From the NCBI GenBank assembly GCA_964291395.2, contig OZ219856.1:864001-928000 (forward strand): a stretch of 64,000 nt of DNA, read 5' to 3'. Below, in pieces: positions 40,219-49,091 of this stretch. This DNA comes from Alphaproteobacteria bacterium. Its GTDB lineage: Bacteria > Pseudomonadota > Alphaproteobacteria > UBA2966. Under the pieces are notes generated by a model, which was not told where the DNA came from, made no database searches, and saw only the letters and a list, made by a program, of their open reading frames with translations. Position 1 is the stretch's first letter; each line of letters starts with the position of its first letter. The position numbers were made by a program, and so were the translations under genes.

Positions 40219-40342
40219 GTCGGTCCGGCTTGGTCACCTGCACGCTGTCCCTCTCGCTGTCTGTCAGGAGAGGCGATCCGGTAGCGCGGTCGGGGAATCG
40301 CTCCTCCCTCTGAAAGAGGTTACGCCCCGGGCCGGGTGGCCC

Positions 40343-40822
40343 TTACGACGTCACGTCACTCCGCGGTGGCGGGGGGCGGACGACCTTCAGCAGCCAATAG
40401 ATGATGCAGAACACGCCCGTCAGGATGACCAGCGCGACTACGGCGGCAAGCCGCTTGCCGAAGGCGGCGTCAAGCGCGTAGTCGGGCTGCAGCAGAAAGA
40501 CGCAGAGGATCTGCACGGCCTGAAGTGCGGCACCGCCGCTCAACAGGATCGCCGTGAACGTCGAGCCCCTGAGGGAATTCAACACCATCGCCTCTATGCT
40601 CTGCTGCTGGACGATGTGGAGCCGATAGGCCCGCCAATGGAACGCGCAAAATCCGATGATTCCAATGACCACGGCGGCCCAGAAAATGGCGTTGTCGTAG
40701 CCCAAACCGTAGAAGACGATGTTGAACAGGTCTTCAAACGGTTGATAAAAATAGAGAAATATCAATACGATAATGAACAGGATAAAGCCGACCAGCGTCC
40801 AGAACCATTGCCATCCGGTCAT
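40343..40822 (-). CDS. Uncharacterised 4-TM membrane protein (paralogue of 19547-20077)
   Basis: Four TM segments and shared motifs LIFLYFYQPFE, AIFW, FHW, GAALQAV, AAFG. RBS GAGGA. Confidence 0.8.
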   Translation of the reverse strand: MTGWQWFWTLVGFILFIIVLIFLYFYQPFEDLFNIVFYGLGYDNAIFWAAVVIGIIGFCAFHWRAYRLHIVQQQSIEAMVLNSLRGSTFTAILLSGGAALQAVQILCVFLLQPDYALDAAFGKRLAAVVALVILTGVFCIIYWLLKVVRPPPPRSDVTS

Positions 40823-40920
40823 CGCTCAATCCTCATCCGCCGACGCCCCCGCGCAGCGGCACCGTTACGTGACGGTTTGCCTTATATCTCATGGTCACGT
40901 CGCTCGACAAACGACACTCG

Positions 40921-42012
40921 CTACGCCGCGGCTTCGGGAATCGCGATGAAGAGCAAGATCGCGTAGATCACGAAAAACGCCGCGTCTTTTGCCATGGGAA
41001 TGGTCTGATTGTCGGTTTCCTTGGCGGCGATCAGTGAGATGATCTCCAGAACGAAGAAGACGACGGCGAGGGAGAAGAAGGGCCAGATGGTGCTCCACCA
41101 GGAAAGTTCGTCCGGCACCGGAACTTCCTGAATGACCTCCCAGATGAGCAGCAGGATGGGCAGGACGATCAGGTAGCCGTAGGCGACGAGGAAGCGATAG
41201 CGGGTGACCTTCCGGTCCAGCAGCCAAAAGATGAAGAAGAACAGTGCGATGTGAAGGAAATCCCAGAACAGCGATGCGTAGGTCTCGCCGGCGTCGGAGC
41301 CGTGGAGGTTCAGGAATCCCAAAATCAGCAAGACGAGCAAGGCGTCGCAGAATATCCACTCGCGGGCGGATTCCGCCGGTGTCTTGACGCTCCATCCTCG
41401 TGTTGCCTTGTCGAACAGGAGAACCAGGGCGACTGCAAAGCCGGCGGGATAGAACAGGTACAGCATGAGAGCGAATTGTTGCGCCTTTTCCACGTAAATC
41501 CAGTTCAGTAGTAGGAATGCGGCTCCCAGGAGGAGGAGACCCACCAGCCGGGTCGCCGAAGGTGTTTCGATCGTACGCGCTGGAACCGCATGCGCGGCGT
41601 CTGACTGCGATGTCTGGACCGCGCTGCCGTGACCTGCGGTATCCCTGGGAGCGGTTCCCGCGCTCCGTGCAAACAGGAATACGACGAAACCCATGACGCC
41701 GATGCCGACGACCGCCAGCATCACGATGAAGAAGGTAAGGGATCGAGGATCGGTTTCCGCGCCGGCTGCCGCCGGCCGAAGCAGGACGTCCGGGAACAAT
41801 TGCCACGCGAGAAGGGCGACGGCGATCACCAGCACGATCAATCCCAGGAGGAGTTCGACCCAATGAGCTTCGGCGACGGACCCCGTCCCGGAGGTCGGGG
41901 ATTGACGAGACCGGCGCGTGTAGCTCGCGATCAGGTAGATCAGGAATGCCAGGACGCCGACGACGGCGATCGCGGCCATGATCTCGAGGAATGCGACGGA
42001 CCGGCTATCCAA
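40921..42012 (-). CDS. Uncharacterised polytopic membrane protein (~10 TM)
   Basis: 363-aa ORF with many hydrophobic helices, no family I recognise, co-directional with hyuAB copy 2. Confidence 0.75.
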   Translation of the reverse strand: MDSRSVAFLEIMAAIAVVGVLAFLIYLIASYTRRSRQSPTSGTGSVAEAHWVELLLGLIVLVIAVALLAWQLFPDVLLRPAAAGAETDPRSLTFFIVMLAVVGIGVMGFVVFLFARSAGTAPRDTAGHGSAVQTSQSDAAHAVPARTIETPSATRLVGLLLLGAAFLLLNWIYVEKAQQFALMLYLFYPAGFAVALVLLFDKATRGWSVKTPAESAREWIFCDALLVLLILGFLNLHGSDAGETYASLFWDFLHIALFFFIFWLLDRKVTRYRFLVAYGYLIVLPILLLIWEVIQEVPVPDELSWWSTIWPFFSLAVVFFVLEIISLIAAKETDNQTIPMAKDAAFFVIYAILLFIAIPEAAA

Positions 42013-42146
42013 GGGACTCTGGATCTTGGTGTGATCCTATTCCACGCCTCGGTCAGGGCGAGGCACGTCCTCCAAAGGGTTCTTGCCCGCCGAAGCCTCG
42101 GCAGCAAGGGCGACGGAGCGTCGGATCGGATGGGGGGCGAAATGCA

Positions 42147-44333
42147 TTATGCCGTTCGCAAGTCCTGGGAGCGTTCGGTCGCTTCCAACAGGGTGGCAGC
42201 GCATCGGCGGAGGCTGTCGTCGGCGGCCGCTTCGAACTGCTGGCCGACGGAGAGGCCGTTGCCCCCGTTGGTGCGACCGGTTTCACGGGCACGGGACCCG
42301 TTGGCCTTGACCTCGCCGACCACGGTGACGCCACCGCCGTTCCGTTCGTGGCTCAATATCTCAAAGCTCCAGGCGGAACCGAACGTCTCGTGCAGCCGAC
42401 GGACGATCTGTGAGAGGTCGGGTTCTGCCCGTGGGGGCGCCGGAGAAAGTGAAGCAGCCGGCGATGGTTTGGGTGTCTCGACGGCGGCCGGCGCGGGACC
42501 CGGTGTCGGTTCGGGTGGCTGTGCCGCAGATGCTGCAGCGGACGCCGGAGCAACTTCGGCAGTGCTGGGCGATGTCCGCATGTCGCGGCGCAGGGCTTCC
42601 GTCTCCGGCTCATTGACCGTTTCCGACGCCGGATCGATAACCACGCCGTAGGCCTGCCGGGCGTGCTCCAAGGTGCAGAAGTCGTCGAGGACGTCCTCCA
42701 GCACCTCGGCCGGGGGTCGGTCGAGCGGGTCGCCATATCCGCCGCCGCACGGGCCATAGAACACGTGCACGTCTCCGGCTTGCAGCCGCATTCCGGAGAA
42801 CTTCGCCGGCATCTCCCTGCGCTCGCTCGGATTGCCGATATTGAACAGCTCGACGCGCCCCGTGGCGCCTTCATGACCGCCGAAAATGCCCCAGGGCACG
42901 TCCTCGTGACGCTCGTTCTCGTGAGTGATGAAGCCATCCGTCAGCATGCGTTGTTCCTTGACGCATCCGATGCCGCCGCGGTACCGGCCTGCGCCGGGCA
43001 TGACGTCGTCGCGCAACTCGTAGCGATCGCAGATCATGGGCAGATGGACGGCCAGGTCCTCCAGCGGGTTGTTGCGTGTGTTGGCCATCAAGTTGTCGAT
43101 GCTGTCGGGACCGTCGGAGCGCGGCCGCCCGCCATAGGAACCTTCGTTGACCTCCAGGAACACCCAGTAGTCGCCGCTGGGCCGGACGCCGGAGTAGGCG
43201 ACGAAAGAGAGACTTGCGGAGCTTCCCGCGATGATGTCGTCGGGCAGGACGGGCGCCAGCGCCTTGTAGATCAGGTCGATCACCCGGTTGATCTGGGCGA
43301 AGCGCGCTTCCGCGGCGGCGGGGAACTCGGGGTTGTAGATCGATCCCTTTGGCGCGAAGACGTTGATCGGCCGGAACGACCCCTGATTGGAGGGCACCTT
43401 GATCTCCGACGTCTCGGCATCCAGGAGGAGCGATCGAATGGCGCAGAAGCAAGCCACCTTCGTCGATCCCTCGAAAGGAACGTTGAAACCGGTCTCGACC
43501 TGGTCGGCGGAGCCCGTGAGATCGATCTCGATGCCGTCGCCCTTCACCCGCACGCAGACCTTGATGGGCAGGCGTACTCCGCGGTTCTTGCCGTCGTCGT
43601 CCAGGAAACCCTCGGCATGGTATTCGCCATCGGGGATGGCCGCGATGCGCTGGCGCAGGACGCGTTCGGTATAGTCCATGAGCTGGCGGGTGGCGGTGAG
43701 AACCGTGTCCTTGCCGTAGCGATCGAGGAGTTCCCCGAAGCGGCGTACACCCAGGCGCGCCGAAGCGATCTGGGCTTCCAGGTCGGCTTGCAGTTCGTTC
43801 GCCGCGCGGCTGTTGCGGCCGATGTACTCCCACAGGGCGTCGTTACGCTCGCCCTCCTCATAGAGCTTGGTGCCGGCGAACAGCATGCCTTCGGCATAGA
43901 CGTCCGGAATGTCGATGATCAGCCCCGGCGTGGCCGCCCCGATGTCGAGGTGGTGGGCGGTGTTGGCGGCGAAACCGACATGCTCGCCTTTGTAGAAGAT
44001 GGGGATGACGATGGCGATGTCGGGCGAGTGGCTGGCACCGTGGTAGGGATGGTTGTGGATCACCACGTCGCCGTCGTTCCACACGCCACCCTGCAGCGTC
44101 TCGGCGATACCTTCCAGGTAACCGGGGATGGAACCGATGTGGAGCGGCGTCGACTCCGATTCGCAAAGCGTGTTGAATTCCGTGTCGAATAGGCCGGCGC
44201 CAAGGTCCTGCGATTCCCGGATGATCGAGGAGAACGACATGCGGAAGAGAATGTGCCCCATCTCCTCCGCGATCGTATCGAGTGCGCCGCTGATCACCTG
44301 CAGCGTGATGGGATCGAGTTCTTGGTCAGGCAT
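42147..44333 (-). CDS. hyuB: N-methylhydantoinase B-like subunit with C-terminal Pro-rich linker and Rad52-like domain
   Basis: LDPITLQVI...EEMG...SSIIRESQD, NHPYHGASHSPD, HHLDIGA, GPCGGGYGDP. The tail reads IVRRLHETFGSAWSFEI...AAADDSLRRCAATLL. Confidence 0.92.
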   Translation of the reverse strand: MPDQELDPITLQVISGALDTIAEEMGHILFRMSFSSIIRESQDLGAGLFDTEFNTLCESESTPLHIGSIPGYLEGIAETLQGGVWNDGDVVIHNHPYHGASHSPDIAIVIPIFYKGEHVGFAANTAHHLDIGAATPGLIIDIPDVYAEGMLFAGTKLYEEGERNDALWEYIGRNSRAANELQADLEAQIASARLGVRRFGELLDRYGKDTVLTATRQLMDYTERVLRQRIAAIPDGEYHAEGFLDDDGKNRGVRLPIKVCVRVKGDGIEIDLTGSADQVETGFNVPFEGSTKVACFCAIRSLLLDAETSEIKVPSNQGSFRPINVFAPKGSIYNPEFPAAAEARFAQINRVIDLIYKALAPVLPDDIIAGSSASLSFVAYSGVRPSGDYWVFLEVNEGSYGGRPRSDGPDSIDNLMANTRNNPLEDLAVHLPMICDRYELRDDVMPGAGRYRGGIGCVKEQRMLTDGFITHENERHEDVPWGIFGGHEGATGRVELFNIGNPSERREMPAKFSGMRLQAGDVHVFYGPCGGGYGDPLDRPPAEVLEDVLDDFCTLEHARQAYGVVIDPASETVNEPETEALRRDMRTSPSTAEVAPASAAASAAQPPEPTPGPAPAAVETPKPSPAASLSPAPPRAEPDLSQIVRRLHETFGSAWSFEILSHERNGGGVTVVGEVKANGSRARETGRTNGGNGLSVGQQFEAAADDSLRRCAATLLEATERSQDLRTA

Positions 44334-44369
44334 CGTTTCGTTCTGCTCCCGATTGGGCCGGCGCCACTC

Positions 44370-46445
44370 CTAATTCGGGCCGCGAATGTGGAGGTTGCCG
44401 TATTCCGTCACGTCCGCCCGGTAGTCGGGCGGCACCACGACCGTTGAGTTGTGCTGGATGATCACGGCGGGGCCGGGAACGCAGTGTCCGGCCCTGAGTT
44501 CTCCGCGGTCGTAGCGCGGCGTTTCCAACGTCCGGCCGTCGTCGAATGTCGTCTCGCGGTCGTAAAGCAAGGCGGCATCGATTCCCACGCCGTTGGCTTC
44601 CTCGAGTCGGGCGACTTTCAGCGGGGTAACGTTCTCGAGGCCGATCACCCTCACGGTGATCAGCTCCACCTCGCCGTCATCGAAGGCGTAGCCGTAATCG
44701 AGGCGATGCTGCTGGTGAAAGCTCGCGATGATGTCCTTGACGTTGTCCATCGTAACGTCGCCGTCGGGGATATCCGCGCGCAGCTCGAAGCCCTGGCCGT
44801 GGTACCGGCACTCGGCAAATCTAAGAAATTTCTGACGTTCGGACGGTACGCCGTCATTCTCGAGATCGGACCGGCATTCGGCGACGAGATCATTGACGAG
44901 TGCGTTGAACCGCCGCGTCGCTTCGCCGTCGATCTTTGTCAGCGACGTCACCAGGGATCGGGCGTGCTCGTACTGCATGTCGGTTTCCAGAAGCCCCATA
45001 GCCGCCGTGATCCCCGGCGCGACAGGCACGATGATGTCCTTGGCCGAGACCGCCTGTGCCAAAGCGACGCCGTGCAGCGGACCGGCCCCTCCGAACGGAA
45101 CGAGCGAGAACTCCCGCGGATCGACGCCCCGTGCCACGGAATTGGAGCGGATCGCGAGCGCCATGTTGGAATTGATGACCTTGATGATCCCGAGAGCCGC
45201 ATCGGTCAGGGAGAGTCCCAGCGGCCCTGCAATCTTCGTCTCGATGGCCCGTCTTGCGAGATCCGGGTCGATGGGCAGATCGCCGCCCAGCAGCTTGTCG
45301 GCGTCGAGCCGGCCCAGCACGACTTGGGCGTCCGTAACGGTGGGCTCCGTGCCTCCGCGGCCATAGCAGGCAGGGCCGGGGTCGGCACCCGCGGAGCGCG
45401 GGCCGACGTGGAACCCACCTGCCGAATCAATGTAGGCGATGGACCCGCCTCCAGCGCCAATGGTCACCAGGTCGATCATGGGAATCAGGATCGGGTGGCC
45501 GCTGACGTAAGAGTCTCGCGGGTTCATGATCTTGATGCGCCCGTCGGGTATGGTGCTGATATCGGCGGAGGTGCCGCCGATATCCACCGTGATCAGGTTG
45601 TCGCTCCCCGCGAGCTGGCCCTCCGACCGCCCGCCGATGACGCCACCAGCCGGCCCCGACATCAGCATGCTGACGGCGCGCTTGGAACACGTTTCCACGG
45701 TCGAGATGCCACCGTTAGATTGGATGACGCGGAGGTTGGCACGGAATCCATTCTCCGCCAGTCGCCGCTGAAGGCGCGTCAAATAGACCGTCGTTTTCGG
45801 TCCGATGAAGGCATTCATCGCCGCCGTCGAGAACCGCTCGAATTCCCGGATCACGTTGACGACCTCGGACGACGTACAGACGAAGGCATCGGGCATTTCG
45901 CGTTCGACGATGGCCTTGGCCCGCTTCTCGTGGGCATCGTTGAGGAACGAGAACATGAAGCCGATGATCACCGAGGCGATGCCGCGCTTTTTGAAGCGTG
46001 CGATCGCCTCCATGACCTCGTTCTCGTGGATCGGCACCTCGACGCGGCCGTCCGGCGGCAGGATTCGCTCGGTCACCGACACTCGGTTGCGGCGCTTGAC
46101 GAGGACCCGGTTTTGCCATGGCACCTCGAAATGGAGTGAGAAGTTATGCGGCCGCTTGTGTCGGCCGATGTGGAGAATGTCGCGGTAATTCCGCGTCGTG
46201 ATCATGCCGACGTCGGCACCGTTGTGCTCGATGGTGATGTTGGTCGCGACCGTGGTGCCGTGGACGATCAGGTCCACGTCCGAAGGCGAAATACCCCCGA
46301 TTTCGCAGAGTTCCTCGAGTCCTTTGAGGACGCCCTCCGATTGATCCTGCGGTGTGCTGACGACCTTGTGGAAGAAGACGCCGTGGTCGGCCTCGAGCAC
46401 GAGGTCCGTGTTCGTTCCGCCGACGTCGACACCGATTCTGGCCAT
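44370..46445 (-). CDS. hyuA: N-methylhydantoinase A-like subunit
   Basis: GVDVGGTNTD, HGTTVATN, MSGPAGG, DIGGTSAD, GAGGGSI, GPRSAGADPGPACY. Confidence 0.92.
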   Translation of the reverse strand: MARIGVDVGGTNTDLVLEADHGVFFHKVVSTPQDQSEGVLKGLEELCEIGGISPSDVDLIVHGTTVATNITIEHNGADVGMITTRNYRDILHIGRHKRPHNFSLHFEVPWQNRVLVKRRNRVSVTERILPPDGRVEVPIHENEVMEAIARFKKRGIASVIIGFMFSFLNDAHEKRAKAIVEREMPDAFVCTSSEVVNVIREFERFSTAAMNAFIGPKTTVYLTRLQRRLAENGFRANLRVIQSNGGISTVETCSKRAVSMLMSGPAGGVIGGRSEGQLAGSDNLITVDIGGTSADISTIPDGRIKIMNPRDSYVSGHPILIPMIDLVTIGAGGGSIAYIDSAGGFHVGPRSAGADPGPACYGRGGTEPTVTDAQVVLGRLDADKLLGGDLPIDPDLARRAIETKIAGPLGLSLTDAALGIIKVINSNMALAIRSNSVARGVDPREFSLVPFGGAGPLHGVALAQAVSAKDIIVPVAPGITAAMGLLETDMQYEHARSLVTSLTKIDGEATRRFNALVNDLVAECRSDLENDGVPSERQKFLRFAECRYHGQGFELRADIPDGDVTMDNVKDIIASFHQQHRLDYGYAFDDGEVELITVRVIGLENVTPLKVARLEEANGVGIDAALLYDRETTFDDGRTLETPRYDRGELRAGHCVPGPAVIIQHNSTVVVPPDYRADVTEYGNLHIRGPN

Positions 46446-46461
46446 ATCCGGCGATACCTCT

Positions 46462-47181
46462 TCAGCCGGTCAGGCGCTCGTCCGGAAAGCGGGCGTTCGC
46501 CACGTCGCGCGCCTCCAGAGCGTCGAGGTATTCCAGAACGCGGTCCAAGGGCTCCACATCTCCGAACTTGGCGTCGATGTCGAACAGGTTCCACTCGACG
46601 ACACCGGCGACTCGGTCGCCCACTGCCTCGTGCACGACGATGGGACGAAATCCCTCGGCAATGGCGTCCTCCGTCGTGTGGCGAACGCATCCCGCCATGG
46701 TGACGCCGGTGATGATCACCGTGTCGACCCCCAAGGAACGGAGGAATCCGGCGAGAAAGGTACCGTGGAAGGCGCTGGCGCGCTTCTTGTAGATCACCTG
46801 CTCACCTGGCTCGGGCGCGATGCGGTCGTCGATCTCGCAGTCCTTCGACCCCAGTTGGAGCAATTCCGCCGGGATTTTATGGTGCCACAGCCCCATGTCC
46901 GAATTCGGCCCGTCCGTTACCGCATAGGCCGTCGACGTGTACACCACGGGAACGTTCTTCGCGCGGGAGGCCTTCAACAGTTCCCGCACCGCTGGAATGA
47001 TCACGTCCATGTTCTCGCAGGAGAACGCGTTGCCGGGGCGCGTCCAGGCATTGGCGAGATCTATGTTGATCAGGGCGGGACGTTTGCCAAACCCGATTCG
47101 CCGTTGAAACCCGCGGTTTTGGTATATTTCCGAATCTGCGGAGAAGATCTTTTGCAGCGCCTCTTGCAGTTCGTCGCTCAT
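46462..47181 (-). CDS. N-carbamoylsarcosine amidase (isochorismatase family), copy 2
   Basis: RGFQRRIGFGKRPALINIDLANAWT, DMGLW..KIP, K.RASAF, AGCVRHT.EDAIA.GFRPI and WNL.DID.KFGDVE closely follow my recollection of Arthrobacter N-carbamoylsarcosine amidohydrolase. Confidence 0.85.
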   Translation of the reverse strand: MSDELQEALQKIFSADSEIYQNRGFQRRIGFGKRPALINIDLANAWTRPGNAFSCENMDVIIPAVRELLKASRAKNVPVVYTSTAYAVTDGPNSDMGLWHHKIPAELLQLGSKDCEIDDRIAPEPGEQVIYKKRASAFHGTFLAGFLRSLGVDTVIITGVTMAGCVRHTTEDAIAEGFRPIVVHEAVGDRVAGVVEWNLFDIDAKFGDVEPLDRVLEYLDALEARDVANARFPDERLTG

Positions 47182-47271
47182 CGTGTGCGATCCTCCCGGT
47201 TGCGGGGATCGAGGCTAGCACTGGCTCCGAATCGAGTCGATTCGGATGAACCCGACTGGAGCCCGCGGGCC

Positions 47272-47589
47272 TTAGTGCGCGGTCCGCTTACCGTCCCGGT
47301 CGGGCGAGAGAAGCGCAAACATGATCTGTTCGGCCTGCGGCATGACGTCGGCCGTGGTCTTGGCCTCCATCGATGCGTGAATCCAATCGTCTGCCAGATG
47401 GCGCGGCGCGCCTGCCGCCAGACAGAGCGTGTGAACGAGGCACTCCATCGCCGCTAGGCGGGCGCTCAGCGATGTGTGCCGGCGGGACAGATCGACCTGT
47501 TCCTTGACGATCTTCGATGTCAGGTCGGACCAGTCGTCCATGCGCAGCTCGAGTTCCTTCACGCGCTCCGCGAGTTCTGCATCGGGCAT
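47272..47589 (-). CDS. Hypothetical 105-aa protein with N-terminal coiled coil
   Basis: GGGAG RBS before ATG 47589 and a heptad-like N-terminus (LAERVKELELRMDDW). Confidence 0.55.
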   Translation of the reverse strand: MPDAELAERVKELELRMDDWSDLTSKIVKEQVDLSRRHTSLSARLAAMECLVHTLCLAAGAPRHLADDWIHASMEAKTTADVMPQAEQIMFALLSPDRDGKRTAH

Positions 47590-47910
47590 GTTTGTCTCCC
47601 GGTGGAAATGTCAGCCTAGCCTAGCGGCTTGCCAGTGGCCCGTCATGATGGTGAGACTGTGATTTCAGCCGGGGTTCTTGATCCTCGATCGGCCGTGGTC
47701 TTGGCCTCCATCGATGCGTGAATCCAATCGTCTGCCTGATGGCGCGGCGCGCCTGCCGCCAGACAGAGCGTGTGAACGAGGCGAGTACCATCGCCGCTCG
47801 CTCAGCGATGTTGAGGTGTCAGGTCGGACCACGTCGTCCATTGTTTGTCTCCAGGTGGAAATGTCAGCCTAGCCTAGCGGATCTGAGCCCGTCATGATGG
47901 TGGACTGTGA
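47348..47910. repeat. Degenerate direct tandem duplication (47348-47662 versus 47689-47910)
   Basis: Near-identical blocks tcggccgtggtcttggcctccatcgatgcgtgaatccaatcg... through ...cccgtcatgatggtg..gactgtga. The second copy lacks several internal segments. Confidence 0.9.
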
Positions 47911-48085
47911 ACCTGCTTGCGCTCGGAGAGGGTTGAGTAACGGAAGCATGTGAGCAGGTCGTCGAGGTCGTTTCTCAGGCAAAACTTGTCGGAAGATCGA
48001 GCTTACTGCTCGCGAGGAGGTTGACTTCCGGTCGGTAAGGAGACGCCGCGGCGCTCTGCTCGCCAGGCAGGGGGTTCACGACACG

Positions 48086-49057
48086 ATGAGAACGCGCACA
48101 CTGACATCGATCGCCATTGCCGCCGCGGTCATTGCAGCGCCCGGCGTCGCGCCTGCTCAGTCCGGGTTCCCGTCGGGACCGATCACGATGATCGTTTCTG
48201 CGCCGCCACGGGACAATTTGACCTCCATCCACCGGGAACTCGCGGACATCGCCGGGGCCGAACTCGGCGTGGAGATCAAGGTCGAAAACAAGCCGGGCAG
48301 TGGTGGCCGCGAAGGTGTTGAAGCGCTCATCGCGGCGGCGCCGGACGGGCACACGATCGCTGCCGTCTGGAACGCGCCGTTGACCATCGCGCCGCACACG
48401 GGCGCGGCGTCATACACCATCGGCGATATCGTGCCGATCATGCGAACGACGGCTGGTGCACCTTTGGTCGTTTGCGTGCATCCGGGGTTCCGGGCGGACG
48501 ACAGCGATGACTTCGTCGATCACGTTGAAGACAACCCTGGCAAATACAGCTATGGCACCGATGGTCCCGGAGGGATCGTCGAACTTGCCGGAGGTCGGTT
48601 GTTCCGACCCCTGGGCCTCGATCTGAAACCCGTCGCCTTTGATGGATCGGCCGGCGTGCTGAGAGGCTTCTTGGGACGCAAGTCAGATATCTACATCGGC
48701 GGCGTCGCGGGCATTATCGGGCAGACGAAGGAGGGATATGCGAAATGCCTGTTCTCCACATCCGAGGATCCGCCGATGCGCTTTCGGGACTTGGATACGC
48801 TCGACGACCTGGATCTGGAGGATCAGGCGACGCACGTGTGGTGGGCACTGGTCGCGCCCAAGGGAACGCCGCCCGAAAGGATCGAGGTGCTGGCCAGCGC
48901 ATTCCGAAAAGCTGCCGGCGTGGATCAGTTCAAGTATTTCACGAGGCGGCGGTATGAGAACGTTGCGGCTGGAACGCCTGAAGAACTCGCCGATTTGATC
49001 AAGGCCGAGAGCGATACGTTTGCGGGAGTCGTGAAGGAGATCGGTCTCGCGAAATGA
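48086..49057 (+). CDS. Tripartite tricarboxylate transporter substrate-binding protein (Bug/TctC), orphan
   Basis: Signal peptide, FPSGPITMIV, VENKPGSGG, APDGHTI, NPGKYSYG, APKGTP. Confidence 0.85.
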   Translation: MRTRTLTSIAIAAAVIAAPGVAPAQSGFPSGPITMIVSAPPRDNLTSIHRELADIAGAELGVEIKVENKPGSGGREGVEALIAAAPDGHTIAAVWNAPLTIAPHTGAASYTIGDIVPIMRTTAGAPLVVCVHPGFRADDSDDFVDHVEDNPGKYSYGTDGPGGIVELAGGRLFRPLGLDLKPVAFDGSAGVLRGFLGRKSDIYIGGVAGIIGQTKEGYAKCLFSTSEDPPMRFRDLDTLDDLDLEDQATHVWWALVAPKGTPPERIEVLASAFRKAAGVDQFKYFTRRRYENVAAGTPEELADLIKAESDTFAGVVKEIGLAK

Positions 49058-49091
49058 GAGGGTCGCCCCGTGACCGGGAACGAGTGACCGC

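Noticed and set aside
40266-40310. Imperfect hairpin between convergent hydA2 and the 4-TM gene
   Set aside because: The stem is irregular, the loop is long and there is no U-tract, so a terminator call is unsupported.
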